A DNA stretch of 59,691 nucleotides from an uncultured Bacilli bacterium (GTDB taxonomy: Bacteria; Bacillota_I; Bacilli_A; RF39; UBA660). A program made the position numbers and the translations under genes. Positions 28,924-38,713 of the stretch are shown piece after piece. Numbering within the stretch: the first letter of the stretch is position 1; the number at the start of each line of letters is the position of its first letter. The DNA lies in the NCBI GenBank assembly GCA_934101625.1, contig CAKORV010000003.1:1-59691 (forward strand), written 5' to 3'. The notes below the pieces were generated by a model that saw only the letters and a program-made list of their open reading frames with translations, made no database searches and was not told the DNA's origin.

Positions 28924-29935
28924 ACTCATTTACATCTAATTCTTCATGACTACTAGCATTTACACTATAGTCACAAAATTTATTATTTTTATAAAGTAAA
29001 TATCCAGCTGCGCCTATCATTGTAGCATTATCAGTACAATACTTTTTATCAGGTATAAATATCTTTATTCCATTATCATCACACATCTTAGTTAAAGCAT
29101 TTCTTATAAATGTATTACTAGAAACACCACCAGCAACACAAAAGTTTTTCACGTTATAATCCCTTAAAGCATTCAAAGATTTATTTACTAAAGTACTAGC
29201 AACTTTATTTTGAAATGAACATGCAATATCTTCTTTTCTAATAGTTTCTCCTCTTTGTTTAGCATTATGAACTAAATTATTAACATGACTTTTTATTCCA
29301 CTAAAACTAAAGTTATATTCATCATCACTTAAGATATCTGGCATTGGATAAGTGTCTTTACCACTTAAAGCTAATTTTTCAACATTTGGTCCACCAGGAT
29401 AAGGCATATCTAATATTCTAGCAACCTTGTCAAAACATTCTCCTACTGCGTCATCTAATGTTGAACCTATATATTTAAAACTTTTTTCATCTTCCATAAG
29501 AATTAAATCTGTGTGTCCACCACTTATTATCAATGATATTAAAGGGTACTCTAAAGTATGTCCTATATTATTTGCTACTATATGTCCAAGCATATGATTA
29601 ACTTTTATTAATGGTTTATTATAAACTAAACTCAATGCTTTAGCACTTTCTAATCCTACTAATAAACTTCCAAGTAACCCAGGACTATAAGTAACCGCAA
29701 TCGCATCAACATCACTTACACTCATATTAGCTTTTTTAAGTGTTTCATCAATTACCAATGTAATATTTTCTAAATGTAATCTGCTTGCTATCTCTGGTAC
29801 TACTCCCCCATATAATTTATGTATATCTATCTGAGTATTAATAGTAGTTGCTATATCTTCACAACCATTTTTAACAATTGAACAACTTGTTTCATCACAA
29901 CTACTTTCTATTGCTAAAATATAAACATCTTTCAT
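28916..29935 (-). CDS. tsaD: tRNA N6-adenosine threonylcarbamoyltransferase TsaD
   Basis: ILAIESSCDETSCSIV, metal-binding NHMLGHI, ISGGHT, and VAGGVSSN. 339 aa. Confidence 0.95.
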   Translation of the reverse strand: MKDVYILAIESSCDETSCSIVKNGCEDIATTINTQIDIHKLYGGVVPEIASRLHLENITLVIDETLKKANMSVSDVDAIAVTYSPGLLGSLLVGLESAKALSLVYNKPLIKVNHMLGHIVANNIGHTLEYPLISLIISGGHTDLILMEDEKSFKYIGSTLDDAVGECFDKVARILDMPYPGGPNVEKLALSGKDTYPMPDILSDDEYNFSFSGIKSHVNNLVHNAKQRGETIRKEDIACSFQNKVASTLVNKSLNALRDYNVKNFCVAGGVSSNTFIRNALTKMCDDNGIKIFIPDKKYCTDNATMIGAAGYLLYKNNKFCDYSVNASSHEELDVNELK

Positions 29936-29937
29936 AA

Positions 29938-30261
29938 TTACTTCCTTTCCATAATAAGAGCATCAACCCCATTATAATAACCTCTTCTTGTATGAATGAC
30001 TTTAAAATCGAACTTCTCATATAACTTTATAGCATTTATGTTATCTACTTTTACTTCTAACATATATCTAACATTCCTATCTTTATAATAATCAAATATA
30101 AATTCTAATAACTTAGAAGCATATCCTTTATTACGACATTCATCATTCACATAAACATCTATTATATTAATAGTATCTAAAGTATCTTCTATAACTACAA
30201 AGCCCACATCATTAATATAAAATTTCTTTTTAAAATTATTATCTTCTTCAACACTAATCAT
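29938..30261 (-). CDS. rimI: short GNAT N-acetyltransferase in the RimI position
   Basis: GNAT motif A VNDECRNKGYASKLLEF. Lies between tsaB and tsaD as in the canonical cluster. At 107 aa it is shorter than typical RimI. Confidence 0.6.
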   Translation of the reverse strand: MISVEEDNNFKKKFYINDVGFVVIEDTLDTINIIDVYVNDECRNKGYASKLLEFIFDYYKDRNVRYMLEVKVDNINAIKLYEKFDFKVIHTRRGYYNGVDALIMERK

Positions 30262-30812
30262 CTTTCAGCCTCGATTGTTTTTACATAATTAGCTCTAACT
30301 AAATGTGGATTAACATTATCACTTTTCTTAGCATAATCTACGACTTTTTTAACATTTAATTCTTCTTTAACTCTATAAATATTTTTATATGAATCTATAT
30401 TATCAACAAAACATTCATCTTTTATTACGTTATTGTCTTTATCAAATATACTAATATAGTATCCTTTACTTTCTTCTAGTATACATATTTTATCACATAA
30501 ACTATCATCACTTACTAAATAACTAGTTAAACTACTAATTAAATAAATGGGTACATTAAGTGCATAAGCCATAGTCTTTCCAACACTAAGTCCTATTCTA
30601 AGACCAGTAAAACTACCTGGACCATTAATACAAACTATATCTTTAATATTTTTAACTGACAAACTATTTTCTTTTAAAATACTTTCTATCATCGGAACTA
30701 AATAAACCGCATGTGACGCTTCACTTTCTTGTGTTTTAACTATAACTTTTTCATCACTTACTAAACCTACTGTTATTAAATGTGAATGAGTACTTAAAAA
30801 TAATGTATACAT
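30258..30812 (-). CDS. tsaB: tRNA threonylcarbamoyladenosine biosynthesis protein TsaB (short form)
   Basis: INGPGSFTGLRIGLSVGKTMAYALNVP motif. The ATG at 30812 follows AGGAG + 8 nt. 4-nt overlap with rimI. Confidence 0.85.
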   Translation of the reverse strand: MYTLFLSTHSHLITVGLVSDEKVIVKTQESEASHAVYLVPMIESILKENSLSVKNIKDIVCINGPGSFTGLRIGLSVGKTMAYALNVPIYLISSLTSYLVSDDSLCDKICILEESKGYYISIFDKDNNVIKDECFVDNIDSYKNIYRVKEELNVKKVVDYAKKSDNVNPHLVRANYVKTIEAER

Positions 30813-30869
30813 AAAAATCACTCCTAGACGTATTATACTACGAAAAATACTTAAAAAAAAGAGAAAACA

Positions 30870-31655
30870 CTAAGAATACATCTTACGTTCCTCTTCTAAT
30901 TGTTCTAATTTTTTATTTTTTTCTTCAATTGCTTTAAAAAAAGGTTCTAGTTCTTCTTTATGAGATTTAGATAAATAAAATATTCTCTCGCCATCAGCCA
31001 AAGTTAACCTACTTTCTTTCCAATTAAAAGAAACAACTTTATCCATATTACATATACACGCATTGTGAGTAAATCTAAATCTTTTATCATTAAGTCTATC
31101 CATTAACTCTGATAAAGTCTTATTAACACTATAATTTTCCACATCAGTTATAATAATACTTTTTCTATCAGATGTATCTCTATAAATATACTTAATCTTA
31201 TCATAATCTATACTATAATGTTCACTACCAACGTGAAACTTTAAAGTCTTTCTAATTTTAATTTGAGATAAACATATACTAAAAAGTTCAGATAAGTTCT
31301 TTTCAGCATCTATTCTTTTATCTACAAAATCAAGTATTTGTAATCTTTGTTTAAAAGTATCAAAAGCAAGTCCACTATTAACAGTAAAAATTATAATAGG
31401 ACTAACCCAATCATATTGTCTTATTAATCTAGCAATATCAATAGCAGTACAATCCGGTAGTTCATAATCCAAAATATATACATGGTTCTCATCATGATTA
31501 ACTATTATATCACTTAACTCATCACTCAAATGAGAAAAAACCTGAACATCAAAAATATAACTATTTTTCATCATATAATTAACAATTATTTCCTTAGTCC
31601 TTTTCATGTGATATTTATTATCTTCTACCACTATAAAATTTATCAAAACTGTCAC
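30870..31655 (-). CDS. LytTR-family response regulator (REC + LytTR DNA-binding domain), orphan
   Basis: REC: VVEDN acidic pair, phospho-acceptor context VYILDYELPD, IIIFTVNS, and LDFVDKR. LytTR: IKYIYRD...FRFTHNACICNMDKV...LADGERIFYLSKSH. The start is either GTG at 31655 or TTG at 31646 (GGAAGG + 8 nt). Confidence 0.85.
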   Translation of the reverse strand: MTVLINFIVVEDNKYHMKRTKEIIVNYMMKNSYIFDVQVFSHLSDELSDIIVNHDENHVYILDYELPDCTAIDIARLIRQYDWVSPIIIFTVNSGLAFDTFKQRLQILDFVDKRIDAEKNLSELFSICLSQIKIRKTLKFHVGSEHYSIDYDKIKYIYRDTSDRKSIIITDVENYSVNKTLSELMDRLNDKRFRFTHNACICNMDKVVSFNWKESRLTLADGERIFYLSKSHKEELEPFFKAIEEKNKKLEQLEEERKMYS

Positions 31656-31682
31656 CTTCCAGTTCTAATAATAACACCAAAT

Positions 31683-31716
31683 CAAAAAAATAAACAGGCA
31701 CCAGCAGGTCCTGTTA
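31683..31716 (-). terminator. GC-rich rho-independent terminator directly after tsaE
   Basis: Minus strand: aacagg(a)cc-tgct-ggt(g)cctgtt, followed by TATTTTTTT. The stem includes the tsaE stop codon. Confidence 0.75.
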
Positions 31717-32184
31717 CAAAACTCTTTCACATATATCTTCGTATTCTTCCCCATGAGGAGTAATCATAAATACTCTTTTATTTTCATCAACTATTTTAAT
31801 AGTAATATCCAATCTTTTCTTAGGTAATATGTCTTCAATTAAATCAGCCCATTCAATAATGGTAATACCCTTCTTCTTAAAATATTCAGGTATACCTAAA
31901 TCTTCCTTAACTTCATTAAGTCTATAGACATCCATATGATATAATTTCATTTCTCCATCATATTCCTTAATTATGTTAAAAGTTGGACTGGTAATATTAT
32001 CATTAATCTCCATGCTTTTAGCAAATGCTTTAGTAAATAAAGTTTTACCACTACCTAAATCTCCTACAAGGCATATAACCATATTAGGAAATTTCTCACT
32101 TTCAATATTTTGTGCTAATTCTATTGTATCCATATCAGAATTAGATGTAAATTTATATGTCATATCTCTTATCACCTCTTTCAT
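31714..32184 (-). CDS. tsaE: tRNA threonylcarbamoyladenosine biosynthesis ATPase TsaE
   Basis: P-loop LVGDLGSGKTLFTKAFA, SPTFNII, and HMDVYRL. An alternative start is the ATG at 32163 (MTYKF) behind GAGGTG. Confidence 0.9.
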   Translation of the reverse strand: MKEVIRDMTYKFTSNSDMDTIELAQNIESEKFPNMVICLVGDLGSGKTLFTKAFAKSMEINDNITSPTFNIIKEYDGEMKLYHMDVYRLNEVKEDLGIPEYFKKKGITIIEWADLIEDILPKKRLDITIKIVDENKRVFMITPHGEEYEDICERVL

Positions 32185-32314
32185 TGTATCATTAGTTTTA
32201 ATTCATATTCAATAGTTAAATGCATAATTTACATTTTTTTTAATAATACATTATTTTTGCCCGGTTCTTAGTTAAAATTACACATATTATATTAACGTAA
32301 GGGAGGAATTTTTA

Positions 32315-32833
32315 ATGTATTATGATGAGAGAGAAAATCTCGTAAATTATAATGTAAAGGATGAAGACAATAATTATAATGAGTATAATGTAACAAATAA
32401 GAATGAAAAAAAATGGGATAACGATTTTAATACATATGTAGAAAATATAAATATTAATAACTTTAGACATATAAAAAGATCATTATTTAGTACAACTGAA
32501 GGATTTAATAAAGGTAACATGGTAAAAGAAGAGTATGTGCCTTATAAAAATTATGTCTATAAGGTTGTTGTTAAGGGAGAAAGGGATGAATTACTTTTAA
32601 AAATTCAAGAATTAACTTTTAAAGTAATTGATTTAAATATATATTTAGATATACATCCTAATGATAATGAACTTTATAATGAGTTTAAAAACACAGTTAA
32701 AGAATTAAAAACTTATAAAGACACTTATGAGAAAAACTATGGTCCTTTGTGTATGACCGACACTTTATACTATGATTCATATAAATGGACTAAAAATCCT
32801 TGGCCATGGATGAATGAAGGAGGGAATAATTAA
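32315..32833 (+). CDS. cotJB: spore coat protein CotJB with an N-terminal CotJA-like extension
   Basis: C-terminal LLLKIQELTFKVIDLNIYLDIHPNDNELYNEFK...YEKNYGPL is the CotJB domain. Upstream, EGFNKGNMVKEEYVPY parallels the CotJA motif EALRKGTLWKDLY. RBS GGGAGG. Confidence 0.75.
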   Translation: MYYDERENLVNYNVKDEDNNYNEYNVTNKNEKKWDNDFNTYVENININNFRHIKRSLFSTTEGFNKGNMVKEEYVPYKNYVYKVVVKGERDELLLKIQELTFKVIDLNIYLDIHPNDNELYNEFKNTVKELKTYKDTYEKNYGPLCMTDTLYYDSYKWTKNPWPWMNEGGNN

Positions 32834-33393
32834 TGTTTAAATATGAAAAAATGTTAGAGTATCCTATTAATATAAAAAAGAAAGACTTAAAAATGGCTAA
32901 ATTATTAAACGCTCAGTTGGGTGGCCCTGATGGCGAACTCGCAGCTTCATTAAGATATTTATGCCAAAGATTCACCATGCCAGATGAATATGGTCGTGCA
33001 TTATTATCTGATATAGGTACTGAAGAACTAGGACATGTAGAAATGATATCAACTATGGTGAGACAATTAATAAAAGATGCCACTTTAGATGAATTAAAAA
33101 GTGCTGGTTTAGAAGGATACTACACTTCACATAAAAAAGGAATATTCCCAATGGATCAAAATGGTATACCTTTTACAACTGCTTATATTGCAAGTACAGG
33201 TAACCCAATTGTTGATTTAGCAGAAAACATGGCTGCTGAAGAAAAAGCAAGAGCAACCTATGAAAACCTAATGGACTTAACAAGTGATCCAGATTTGCTA
33301 GCGCCTTTAAGTTTCTTAAGACAAAGAGAAGTAGTTCATTATAATAGATTTAAAGAACTACTAGAATACTATAAAAATAAAGGTATAAATTAG
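32833..33393 (+). CDS. cotJC: spore coat protein CotJC (manganese-catalase / ferritin-like)
   Basis: GGPDGELAASLRYLCQRF, EELGHVEMI, and AAEEKARATYENL. The start overlaps the cotJB stop. Confidence 0.9.
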   Translation: MFKYEKMLEYPINIKKKDLKMAKLLNAQLGGPDGELAASLRYLCQRFTMPDEYGRALLSDIGTEELGHVEMISTMVRQLIKDATLDELKSAGLEGYYTSHKKGIFPMDQNGIPFTTAYIASTGNPIVDLAENMAAEEKARATYENLMDLTSDPDLLAPLSFLRQREVVHYNRFKELLEYYKNKGIN

Positions 33394-33416
33394 AAACACA
33401 AGTTGTTTCTTTTTTA
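33392..33416 (+). terminator. terminator after cotJC (bidirectional hairpin)
   Basis: agaaaca / tgtttct stem followed by a T-run. Confidence 0.7.
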
Positions 33417-34376
33417 TTGTATATCTCTTCTATTAAAAATATTTAAACTAATTAATAAAAACAAAACACTATACATAGTTAAATAAAATAATGACCTTTC
33501 TAAATTTATATTTGTATTAAATATCATATTATTAACACTTAGATTAATTAAATCATTAAAATAAGTAAAATCTAAATATGGCATAAAAGTATATTTAACA
33601 ATATCTATACCCGCTATTAAGAGAAATTGACTAATTACTAAAGAAAATAAATACATTAAATTACTAACAACTAAAGATATAGTATTACCCTTAAAAATAA
33701 TTACAAGCATGTAAACAAAAATAATTATAAAGCTATAAGGAACAATAAATATTATTGATGAAATAAAATAATAAAGTAAATATGGTAACTTAATAAAACT
33801 ATTAAATATGTAAATATATTTGTAATAATCTAGTAAATTAACACTAAATCTAATAATTCCGAATATTAAATAAAAGAATGAAAACAAACTTATAAGAATG
33901 AATCCAACAATTATTTGAGATAAAATTTTAGAAAGAAGTAACTTAATTCTACCTTGTTTATTTAATGCAATATATTTTAAAGTTCCTTTATTATAGTCAT
34001 AAGATAAACTATTAAAAGATAAAAATATGATTATTACTCCTATAAAATATAGAAAACTATTTTTATATTCCAAAATGTTAATAACTTTACAATTATTCAC
34101 ATTTAATTTATCTTTATTATTTACAACATACTCATATTTTTTATAATCATTTTTATATTTATCATAATCACCATGTTTATTAACTACCTTATATTCTTCT
34201 TTATTATATAAATCATATTTAATTATAATATCATTTTTTTCTTTATAAGTTTTACTTAAAACAAAAATCGATACAAAAGATACTAATAAAAGCATAAGTA
34301 ATATAATTTTAAAACTATTCTTCCTAGTTTCTTTATACAAATCAGCTTTTATTAAATTAATCATCCTTTTCACCAC
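33414..34376 (-). CDS. ABC-2 family transporter permease
   Basis: Six hydrophobic helices. Overlaps the upstream ATPase gene by 20 nt. Confidence 0.6.
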   Translation of the reverse strand: MVKRMINLIKADLYKETRKNSFKIILLMLLLVSFVSIFVLSKTYKEKNDIIIKYDLYNKEEYKVVNKHGDYDKYKNDYKKYEYVVNNKDKLNVNNCKVINILEYKNSFLYFIGVIIIFLSFNSLSYDYNKGTLKYIALNKQGRIKLLLSKILSQIIVGFILISLFSFFYLIFGIIRFSVNLLDYYKYIYIFNSFIKLPYLLYYFISSIIFIVPYSFIIIFVYMLVIIFKGNTISLVVSNLMYLFSLVISQFLLIAGIDIVKYTFMPYLDFTYFNDLINLSVNNMIFNTNINLERSLFYLTMYSVLFLLISLNIFNRRDIQ

Positions 34377-35220
34377 CCATCATACTAAGCAAAGTCTTTT
34401 CCAAACTATTATCCTCTTCTATTCTATAAACTTTAACATCATTTTTAACAAGTTCCTTATTTAAGTCAGCAACTTCTTCATTAGACATATAAAGAGTTTC
34501 ATTCTCACACAAAACAGGAGAAACACTCTTTAATTTATCATAATTATCAACTTTTAATTTAATATGTTTCTTAATAGTATTATTATCAAGAACTTTAATA
34601 GCTACTTTATGATTATTAATAAATATTATTTCATCAACAAACTTTTCAATCTCACTAATTAAATGTGAAGAAATAATAACAGTTTTATCTCTAAAATCCA
34701 AAAGCAAATCTCTTAATTCTTGTATTCCTATAGGATCTAACCCATTCATAGGTTCATCCAATATCAGTATTTCTGGATCTCTTAAAAGTGAAACAGCAAG
34801 TCCTAATCTTTGTTTCATACCAAGAGAATAAAACTTGACAGCTCGTTTATCAAACATATCCAACTTAACTATTTTCATAACTTCTCTAACTCTTTCAAAA
34901 GGCACTTCATATAAATAAGCAAAATATCTCAAATTTTCATAAGCACTTAAATACTCATAAAAACTAACATAATCTACTATTGCACCTACCTTACCAATAA
35001 TATTTTTATAATCTTTTCTAATATTATAACCATTAATAATAACTTTTCCTTGAGTTTTATAAAGACCTAAAATACTTTTAATTAAAGTACTCTTCCCACT
35101 TCCATTTGTACCAACCAAACCATAGATTTTCCCTTTTTCTAATTTGATATTAACATCACATAAAATATCTTTTCCATTTATTCTTTTATTCACATTTGTA
35201 AGTTCAACAACATTTTTCAT
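34357..35220 (-). CDS. ABC transporter ATP-binding protein
   Basis: Walker A GTNGSGKST, signature YSLGMKQRLGLA, Walker B ILILDEPMNGLD, and SSHLI. Confidence 0.9.
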   Translation of the reverse strand: MKNVVELTNVNKRINGKDILCDVNIKLEKGKIYGLVGTNGSGKSTLIKSILGLYKTQGKVIINGYNIRKDYKNIIGKVGAIVDYVSFYEYLSAYENLRYFAYLYEVPFERVREVMKIVKLDMFDKRAVKFYSLGMKQRLGLAVSLLRDPEILILDEPMNGLDPIGIQELRDLLLDFRDKTVIISSHLISEIEKFVDEIIFINNHKVAIKVLDNNTIKKHIKLKVDNYDKLKSVSPVLCENETLYMSNEEVADLNKELVKNDVKVYRIEEDNSLEKTLLSMMGGEKDD

Positions 35221-35450
35221 AATTTTACATAACTAATTAAAGTTATATCTCCTTTCGGAAATAACATATCACAGGATAAACAAGTTGTCAAACTACTACA
35301 AAATTAAAAATTGACTATTCAATTTTTAATATTCAAGCCAATTTTATGCTAATTTGTATACATAAAAAGTACAAAACATACTTCAATTTTTATTTTTGTA
35401 ACTTCATTTTTTAATTTTGTATTAAAAAATTTCTTTAAAAAAATGAAAAA

Positions 35451-36425
35451 TTAGTCTAAAACCGCTTTTTCATCTTCAATAATATCTTTGAATTTTTCTT
35501 TAAACTCTATTAAGCCTTTTCTTTTAGCATCATCATAAACACTTTTTGTGTTCTTAATAGCATAATAAATATGATGTATATTCAAAGTATCTGTATTTTC
35601 AAATACTGCATTACTATAAGCATTACCAAGAAGTGCTATTGCAATATCAGGATATCTATTACCTATCTCATATATTCTTCTATATTCATTAGTATAATCT
35701 ACCAAAAATTCAAATAATCTTTCTCTCTGATAATCAGTATAAGGCATATGTACTCCAGTTTGCTTTTCAATTTTAGGATAAGTTCCCATCAATATAGCCA
35801 CAGTTTCTTTTTGAGTTGGTTCAGCTACATCAACCTTTTGGAATCTTCTTAAAAATGCACGGTCTCTTATTACATAAGCATCATACTCTTCAGTAGTAGT
35901 CGCACCTATCATTTTAATAGTACCTCTATCTAGTCCAGGCTTTAACATATTCGCAAAGTCAACATTTAAATTAGATGTATTTCTACTAACAAGTAAGTGA
36001 ACTTCATCTATAAACAATATTATATTTTCTTTATGCTTTAATTCTTCAACTAATATTTGAAGTTTATTTTCAACAACACCATTTTCATTTTGTACATTAC
36101 CAAGTAAACTAGAAATATTAACTTTAATTAAATCATAATTTTTTAAAGCATCAGGTACTTCACCTCTCTGCATTCTATAACCAATACCTTCTACAATTGC
36201 TGTTTTACCTATACCAGGTTTACCAACTAATATAGCACTCTTTTCAGGAGTTAATAAAATAAGTAAAGTATCTTTAATTTCCTTTTCCCTTCCAATCGCA
36301 GGATTAGTTATATAAGTCTTGGTTTTTAAATTTTCTCCATAAGTATCTAATACACTAAATTTTTCTATATTACTTTTTTCTTCTTTTTTATTATCTAAAT
36401 CAACAATTTCCATATCTTTTTCCAT
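35451..36425 (-). CDS. stand-alone ClpA/ClpB-type AAA+ D1-like ATPase
   Basis: Collinear with the Clp D1 module: AIGREKEIKDTLLIL, Walker A LVGKPGIGKTAIVEGIGYRMQRGEVPDAL, Walker B ILFIDEVHLL, sensor-1 IGATT, and RDRAFLRRFQKV. There is no N-domain, middle domain or D2. Confidence 0.7.
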   Translation of the reverse strand: MEKDMEIVDLDNKKEEKSNIEKFSVLDTYGENLKTKTYITNPAIGREKEIKDTLLILLTPEKSAILVGKPGIGKTAIVEGIGYRMQRGEVPDALKNYDLIKVNISSLLGNVQNENGVVENKLQILVEELKHKENIILFIDEVHLLVSRNTSNLNVDFANMLKPGLDRGTIKMIGATTTEEYDAYVIRDRAFLRRFQKVDVAEPTQKETVAILMGTYPKIEKQTGVHMPYTDYQRERLFEFLVDYTNEYRRIYEIGNRYPDIAIALLGNAYSNAVFENTDTLNIHHIYYAIKNTKSVYDDAKRKGLIEFKEKFKDIIEDEKAVLD

Positions 36426-36547
36426 AATATTGTATCACCTATAAACATTATAATATAAATATTAAAATTTTCCTAATAATTTTGCATTTTATTTACAAAA
36501 AATCATAATAGTTTGATATAATATTTTTAGAATTAAAGGTGTATAAT

Positions 36548-38080
36548 ATGAGTAAGAAAAAAAACAAAAGAAAAAAGCAAATCAAAAATATAAATATGCA
36601 AGCTGAATCTCCAATTATTAAACAATTAAATGAACCATTTCCTAACGAAAATATAGATAAATTACTTTCTAAACCACTAAGTGATAAAGAAAGGGAAACT
36701 ATAAACAAACTAAAAGAAAGAACATTAAAAGATAGTAAACTTAAAAAAACTATTTTATCTTTATTACCCTTAATATTTCTTTCTACATTAACTGCATTTA
36801 TAATATTGTTTGGTACACCAAAAATAAAAAATATTGAAATAAGTGAGAAAATAAATGGAGACAACACAAAAACTATAACAATGTACATACATAATCCATT
36901 TCAAATGCCAGTCACATGCGCAATTGAAAATAAAGAGGAAACAAGTAAAGATACAAAATGGATTAAAAGTTATGATAATAAATGTACATTCAATGTAAAT
37001 TCAGGAAGTTACTACTTATTTATTAAAGATAAACACAATAAAATCACAAAATTTAAAACTAACAATGTAAAAATAAACAAAATACTAGATTTAACCTTAA
37101 ATACTGATTTGATTTATCTAACACTTGGTGAAACATACACAATCAAAAGTGAAATCACATCAATCGGAGAAGTAGATGAAACAATTACTTATGAAAGTGC
37201 TAACCCTGAAATAGCAACTGTAGAAAATGGATTAGTCACACCAACTGGAAACGGAGAAACAGAAATAGCCGTTAAAACTAGCTCAAATATAGAAAAAAAA
37301 GTCAATGTTATAGTAACTGATTTATATAAAAAGGCAAGTCAAGAGAACAATAAAACAAAATTACCATGTAAAATATATAATAACACACAAGCAGAAATGA
37401 TAGATAAAATATTAGAATATAAAATTAATCAAGCAGGTTATAAAACAAGAGGTGCAGTAGTTGCAACAGCAAGATTTATAGTTTTAGAATTTCCTTATAA
37501 AGTACCATATTTTTTTGAAAACGGAAGACTTAATAATTATGATGGAAAAAATTATGTGGATGGTGAAGGAAGATACTACAAAAGAGGTATGTATTTAAGT
37601 GAAGAAAAATTTTCAACAATAAAAGCTACATTTGCAGGTCCTGCTATATGGGGTTGTCCACTAATGAATTATCAAGATGAATATGGTTTTGTTCCTTATC
37701 AAAGATATCCAAACGGACTGGACTGTAGTGGTTTTGTAACATGGACTTTATATAATGCTGGCTTTGATGTAGGTGATTCAGGTGCAGGTGATACATATAG
37801 AGATGATGACATTGGTGATTTAGGAATTAAACACGAATTAACCAAAGATTTTATTTACAATGGTTCATACAAAGTTGGAGATTTAATTGGTAGAGATGGA
37901 CACATTGCTATTATCGCAGGAATTGATGATGAAAATATCTATATAGCAGAAAGTCTTGTAGGCGGGGTTGTAATAAAAGAATTTGCAAAAAACGGATATC
38001 AATTATATAACTTATATGGATTTATAAATACAATGGATGAAGTATATGAAAAAGAAGGAGTTTATACCAATATGTGGTAA
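36548..38080 (+). CDS. membrane-anchored cell-wall hydrolase: Big_2 domain + NlpC/P60 endopeptidase
   Basis: Basic N-terminus plus a TM helix (ILSLLPLIFLSTLTAFIILF). Big_2 motif ITYESANPEIATVENGLVTPTGNGETEIAV. NlpC/P60 catalytic GLDCSGFV...GHIAII. The ATG at 36548 follows AAAGGTG; the ORF-track GTG at 36539 lies inside the RBS. Confidence 0.8.
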   Translation: MSKKKNKRKKQIKNINMQAESPIIKQLNEPFPNENIDKLLSKPLSDKERETINKLKERTLKDSKLKKTILSLLPLIFLSTLTAFIILFGTPKIKNIEISEKINGDNTKTITMYIHNPFQMPVTCAIENKEETSKDTKWIKSYDNKCTFNVNSGSYYLFIKDKHNKITKFKTNNVKINKILDLTLNTDLIYLTLGETYTIKSEITSIGEVDETITYESANPEIATVENGLVTPTGNGETEIAVKTSSNIEKKVNVIVTDLYKKASQENNKTKLPCKIYNNTQAEMIDKILEYKINQAGYKTRGAVVATARFIVLEFPYKVPYFFENGRLNNYDGKNYVDGEGRYYKRGMYLSEEKFSTIKATFAGPAIWGCPLMNYQDEYGFVPYQRYPNGLDCSGFVTWTLYNAGFDVGDSGAGDTYRDDDIGDLGIKHELTKDFIYNGSYKVGDLIGRDGHIAIIAGIDDENIYIAESLVGGVVIKEFAKNGYQLYNLYGFINTMDEVYEKEGVYTNMW

Positions 38081-38093
38081 AACTCCTTTTTAA

Positions 38094-38558
38094 TTAAAAC
38101 TTACAAGTTTCTTGTATTTGATTCATACCTTCTTTTAAAGTAGATTTAATGTTAACTATTTCTTTATTTTCAGTAAACAAGTTTGTTTCTCCATCATAAC
38201 TAACCTTAATATTGTAAGTTATTTCATAATTATTACCCTTAACAAATTCTACATCAAATATATTTGAATTAATTCTTTCAATTTTAATAGGTTCTTTACT
38301 TAACCATTTATCAAGTATTATATAAAAATCTACATCACTTTTATTAATTCCATCATAATTATAATAATCTACAAATTGGAAAGTTTCTGTATAAGTACAT
38401 TCTTTAATAAAACCATTATCTTCAATAACTAAGTTTTCATTTTTCTTTAAATCATTTACTTCACTTTGTAATTTATTATTCTTTTTATATAAAAGTACAA
38501 TAAAGGTAAACATACAAACACACAATAAACCCAAAGTAATTACACCTATTCTTTTCAC
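38094..38558 (-). CDS. membrane-anchored hypothetical protein
   Basis: GTG start, N-terminal TM helix GVITLGLLCVCMFTFIVLLY, and an extracytoplasmic ~120-aa domain. Confidence 0.5.
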   Translation of the reverse strand: MKRIGVITLGLLCVCMFTFIVLLYKKNNKLQSEVNDLKKNENLVIEDNGFIKECTYTETFQFVDYYNYDGINKSDVDFYIILDKWLSKEPIKIERINSNIFDVEFVKGNNYEITYNIKVSYDGETNLFTENKEIVNIKSTLKEGMNQIQETCKF

Positions 38559-38713
38559 ACAACCACACTCCTTAATCTAACTTTATGTTAACATAATATT
38601 AAATAATAAGCAATAAATACCATATTTAAATTTTTTGCGTATTAAATTTTTTTCATTTTTCTATTGACATTACATAAGATATATTATAAAATTATAAATG
38701 TTCAAAGCAAATT

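Noticed and set aside
36493-36888. 131-aa minus-strand ORF overlapping the 5' end of the NlpC/P60 gene.
   Set aside because: It is antisense to a gene with clear domain content. It has low-complexity Phe/Ile/Leu/Ser composition, typical of AT-rich antisense frames. It has no RBS.
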